Below, piece by piece: positions 61,672 through 64,000 of a DNA stretch of 64,000 bases. Each line of letters begins with the position of its first letter. Within the stretch, counting starts at the first letter, position 1. The stretch covers positions 1,736,001 to 1,800,000 of the forward strand of contig OZ218958.1 of assembly GCA_965112735.1 (NCBI GenBank), read 5' to 3'. Both the position numbers and the translations under genes were made by a program. The DNA comes from Phaeosaccion multiseriatum (lineage: Eukaryota > Protista > Ochrophyta, other classes). Below the pieces are notes generated by a model. That model did no database searches, was not told the origin of the DNA, and saw nothing but the letters and a program-made list of their open reading frames with translations.

Positions 61672-63157
61672 TCAGCTCATCTCCTCCGCCATGCTCTCCC
61701 ACGTTTCGCTCCCCACACTCCAGGGCCTCTCCAGCGGCAGGATTCCGCTCTCCTTGCCGAAGGTCGGATCCGTCCTTCGCATGAGGTCCAGCGCGGTTTG
61801 GGACCGGAAGAAGGCTGCTGCCGCCTCCATAAGTCGCTGCTCAATCTCGGCCTCGTCATCATGCAGCCGTGCCCCAGCCAAGGCCTTGCCCACTGAAGCA
61901 CCGGCCGAGAGGAGCTGCCGCGCAGTCCCGTGGTGGTCTCTGAAGATGGCAGCAAGGAGGGGAGTCATACCGTTCGATGCCGTGGTATCAATGGGGGCTC
62001 CCGCAGAGATGAGACGAGCGACGACGGCCTCGTGCCCATGGTGCGCTGCAATGTGGAGGGGTGAAGCGCCCTTGTTGGTCCTTTTGTCCACACGTGCTCC
62101 CGCAGAGAGAAGCTTCTCCACCACGGCGTCGTGCCCTTCCTGACAGGCAATGTGAAGAGGAGTGACACCGTGGACGTCAGCCTTGTCGATGATGGCGTGG
62201 GCCCTGATGAGCTGCTGTACGATGCCCGCATGCCCTTTGGCCGATGCCGCCAGAAGCGGAGTTCCCCCTACATCATTTGCGTGGTTCACATCCGCTTGGG
62301 CTGAGATGAGGTGCCCTACAACAGAGCCATATCCGTTCTGAGAGGCAATCCAAATCGGAGAAAAGCCACGTTCCGCCACCAAGTCGACACTAGCACGCGC
62401 CGTGAGCAGCTGCTGCACTGTCGTGGAGTGCCCCGTTCCTGATGCTGCAATCAAGGGAGTAACTCCTGTGTCATTCGCTTGGTCGACAGGGGCTCCCATG
62501 TCCAACAGCCGCCTCACCACCTGATCGTGTCCGTTGCCGCTAGCGACTATCAACGGCGTGCGTTGAAAGGGTCCATCTCGGGCGCTGAAGGAGGCCCCTT
62601 CCCGCAGCAGCAGGTCCATGACATCCAGCCGACCGTCTTGTGCAGCCACAAGCATAGCGGTATTTCCTTCTTCGTTGATAGGCTGATCCAAACTCGCTTT
62701 ACCATGTTTGGCGATGAGCTTTCCAATCAGCGCTTTCACAGTGGGGAAGCTGTCTCCTCTGTCCAGGGCCTGCCCCAGCTGCCGCGCCTGGTGTTGTTGA
62801 GCGAAACGAGAATGGGGGGGAGAGACGCATAAACATAGGCAATAAGGGATCAACAGGAAGCGGCTCACTGCTTCGATACGTGAGCATCCCACCGCAGCCA
62901 TCGTATCCACAAAAACCACCCTCGCTTTTATTCACATCAGCCTCGTACTGTGCTTCAAACGCGGTGAAGAGACACGTACAGGGATCAGCAGAAAGCTGGT
63001 CACTGCATCGGAAGCGTTATGGGAGCTTCCTACTGCATCTGTCGTGTCTACCATCCTCCCCTGCCCCCTTGCGCTTCTCCTCTCTGAAGCACAGTGAGTC
63101 TTCCTGCAAGAGGGCGCTAGGTCGTACCTCGGGCGTTAACGTTGCCTGCTGCGCCAT
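61672..63157 (-). CDS. Ankyrin-repeat protein, copy B (~8 repeats), 2 exons
   Basis: Paralogue of copy A. Exon 1 is 63157-63128 (MAQQATLTPE) and exon 2 is 62787-61672. The C-terminal ~57 aa are nearly identical to copy A. Confidence 0.88.
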
Positions 63158-64000
63158 GGTGAGCAAGCGGCCCCTCCCTTGAGACGGTAGTGCTGATAAG
63201 GGGCCCTTGGAGGGCTGCCTCACTACTGCGCAGTAGTCGGTTGCGCTGCTTGTCACGGCCTTCCGTGTGTGTGTATAAAGCTGTTGGAGGCCTCTGGAGG
63301 CATTGGGGGGCTTGAATGCTCTAATCACGGATCCCGATCTCCAGGGGGAGGCCCCTCTCCCTTTCGCTCTGCACCAAACCTTGGAAGAGAAAGATACGCT
63401 CGTGGGACATGGGGCACTGATGGCGTAGGCAGCACACGCAACACGCAGCCAGAGGAGGTGTAGTGGCTACGCGACACACGATCAAACAGACCGCAGCCAG
63501 CTCAGGGCAACGACAAGAATGATCGACCAGGACACTTGCAAGGCCCATCCTTTGGAGGCCACTCTTGTGGCTGCTGCTGCGACGGCGGTTCCTGTTGCTG
63601 CTGCTGCCGCTTCTTCTCCATCCGTGCTGTTGCAGGGCGTGATGGGCTCATCCGCTGCACCACTTTTCTCCTCCGGTCCACTCAGCTTATCCCACGAGTC
63701 TCAAAAGGTGAGAAAAGGCTTTGCTGGAGGCTGTTGGTCATTCCCCTCCTCGCATCATGTCCGCTTCTACTCGCGGTACTTACCGGCCTAACCCTCTGCC
63801 TTCTTCCCACCCAAATCTCCGCCTCCCCTCCCTTCCACCTCTTTTCCTTCACGTCTTCCATCCACGCGGCTTCAAGGCCAAGCCTCAACCGGACTCCCAT
63901 GAGCGCCCCGGCTCCTCATCCGGCAGGGGGGGTGAAGGGGCTATCGCCCGAAGACGTCTTTGTGATGACTACCAAGAGACTGTGCCCCTCCTCCGCACTA

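Larger units (their letters stand above)
55380..63350. repeat. Direct segmental duplication: ~55380-57600 and ~61157-63350
   Basis: Shared sequence runs from ...GTCTCCAC.CGAGCACAACCCCCGCCTAGGACCTGGCGTTCACC through the ankyrin gene and its promoter to GGAGGCCTCTG.AGGCATTGGG...GATCCCGATC. Confidence 0.9.

Noticed and set aside
63400-64000. Possible further gene at the right edge
   Set aside because: GC-rich and coding-like, but no consistent frame or motif could be established within the window.

Overview
Eukaryotic, intron-rich, microsatellite-saturated DNA. It is most likely from a photosynthetic stramenopile, inferred from a ferredoxin with a bipartite signal+transit peptide. I hand-spliced ten gene models, which alternate strictly in strand: an ABC1/UbiB atypical kinase (5'-truncated, +), a hypothetical membrane protein (-), selenocysteine elongation factor eEFSec (+), a plastid 2Fe-2S ferredoxin (-), a triple cNMP-binding + RGS protein (+), a very large (~6,044 aa, 19-exon) TOR kinase (-), a TerC membrane protein (+), and two recently duplicated ankyrin-repeat genes (-) flanking a hypothetical gene (+). 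Most long ORFs in the supplied track are artefacts of simple repeats. The most notable observations are: (1) a 13-bp word GTATCACCAACTG dispersed ~40 times in both orientations through introns and exons, read in several frames; (2) two FATC-copy micro-ORFs chained to the TOR stop by TAATG stop/start overlaps; (3) ankyrin paralogues that differ mostly at binding-surface positions; (4) a second domain-4-like copy in eEFSec; (5) strand-polarised, self-complementary intron microsatellites; (6) a 172-bp-arm foldback next to a MITE-like element. All exon coordinates and counts were read by eye and need RNA-seq or computational confirmation.
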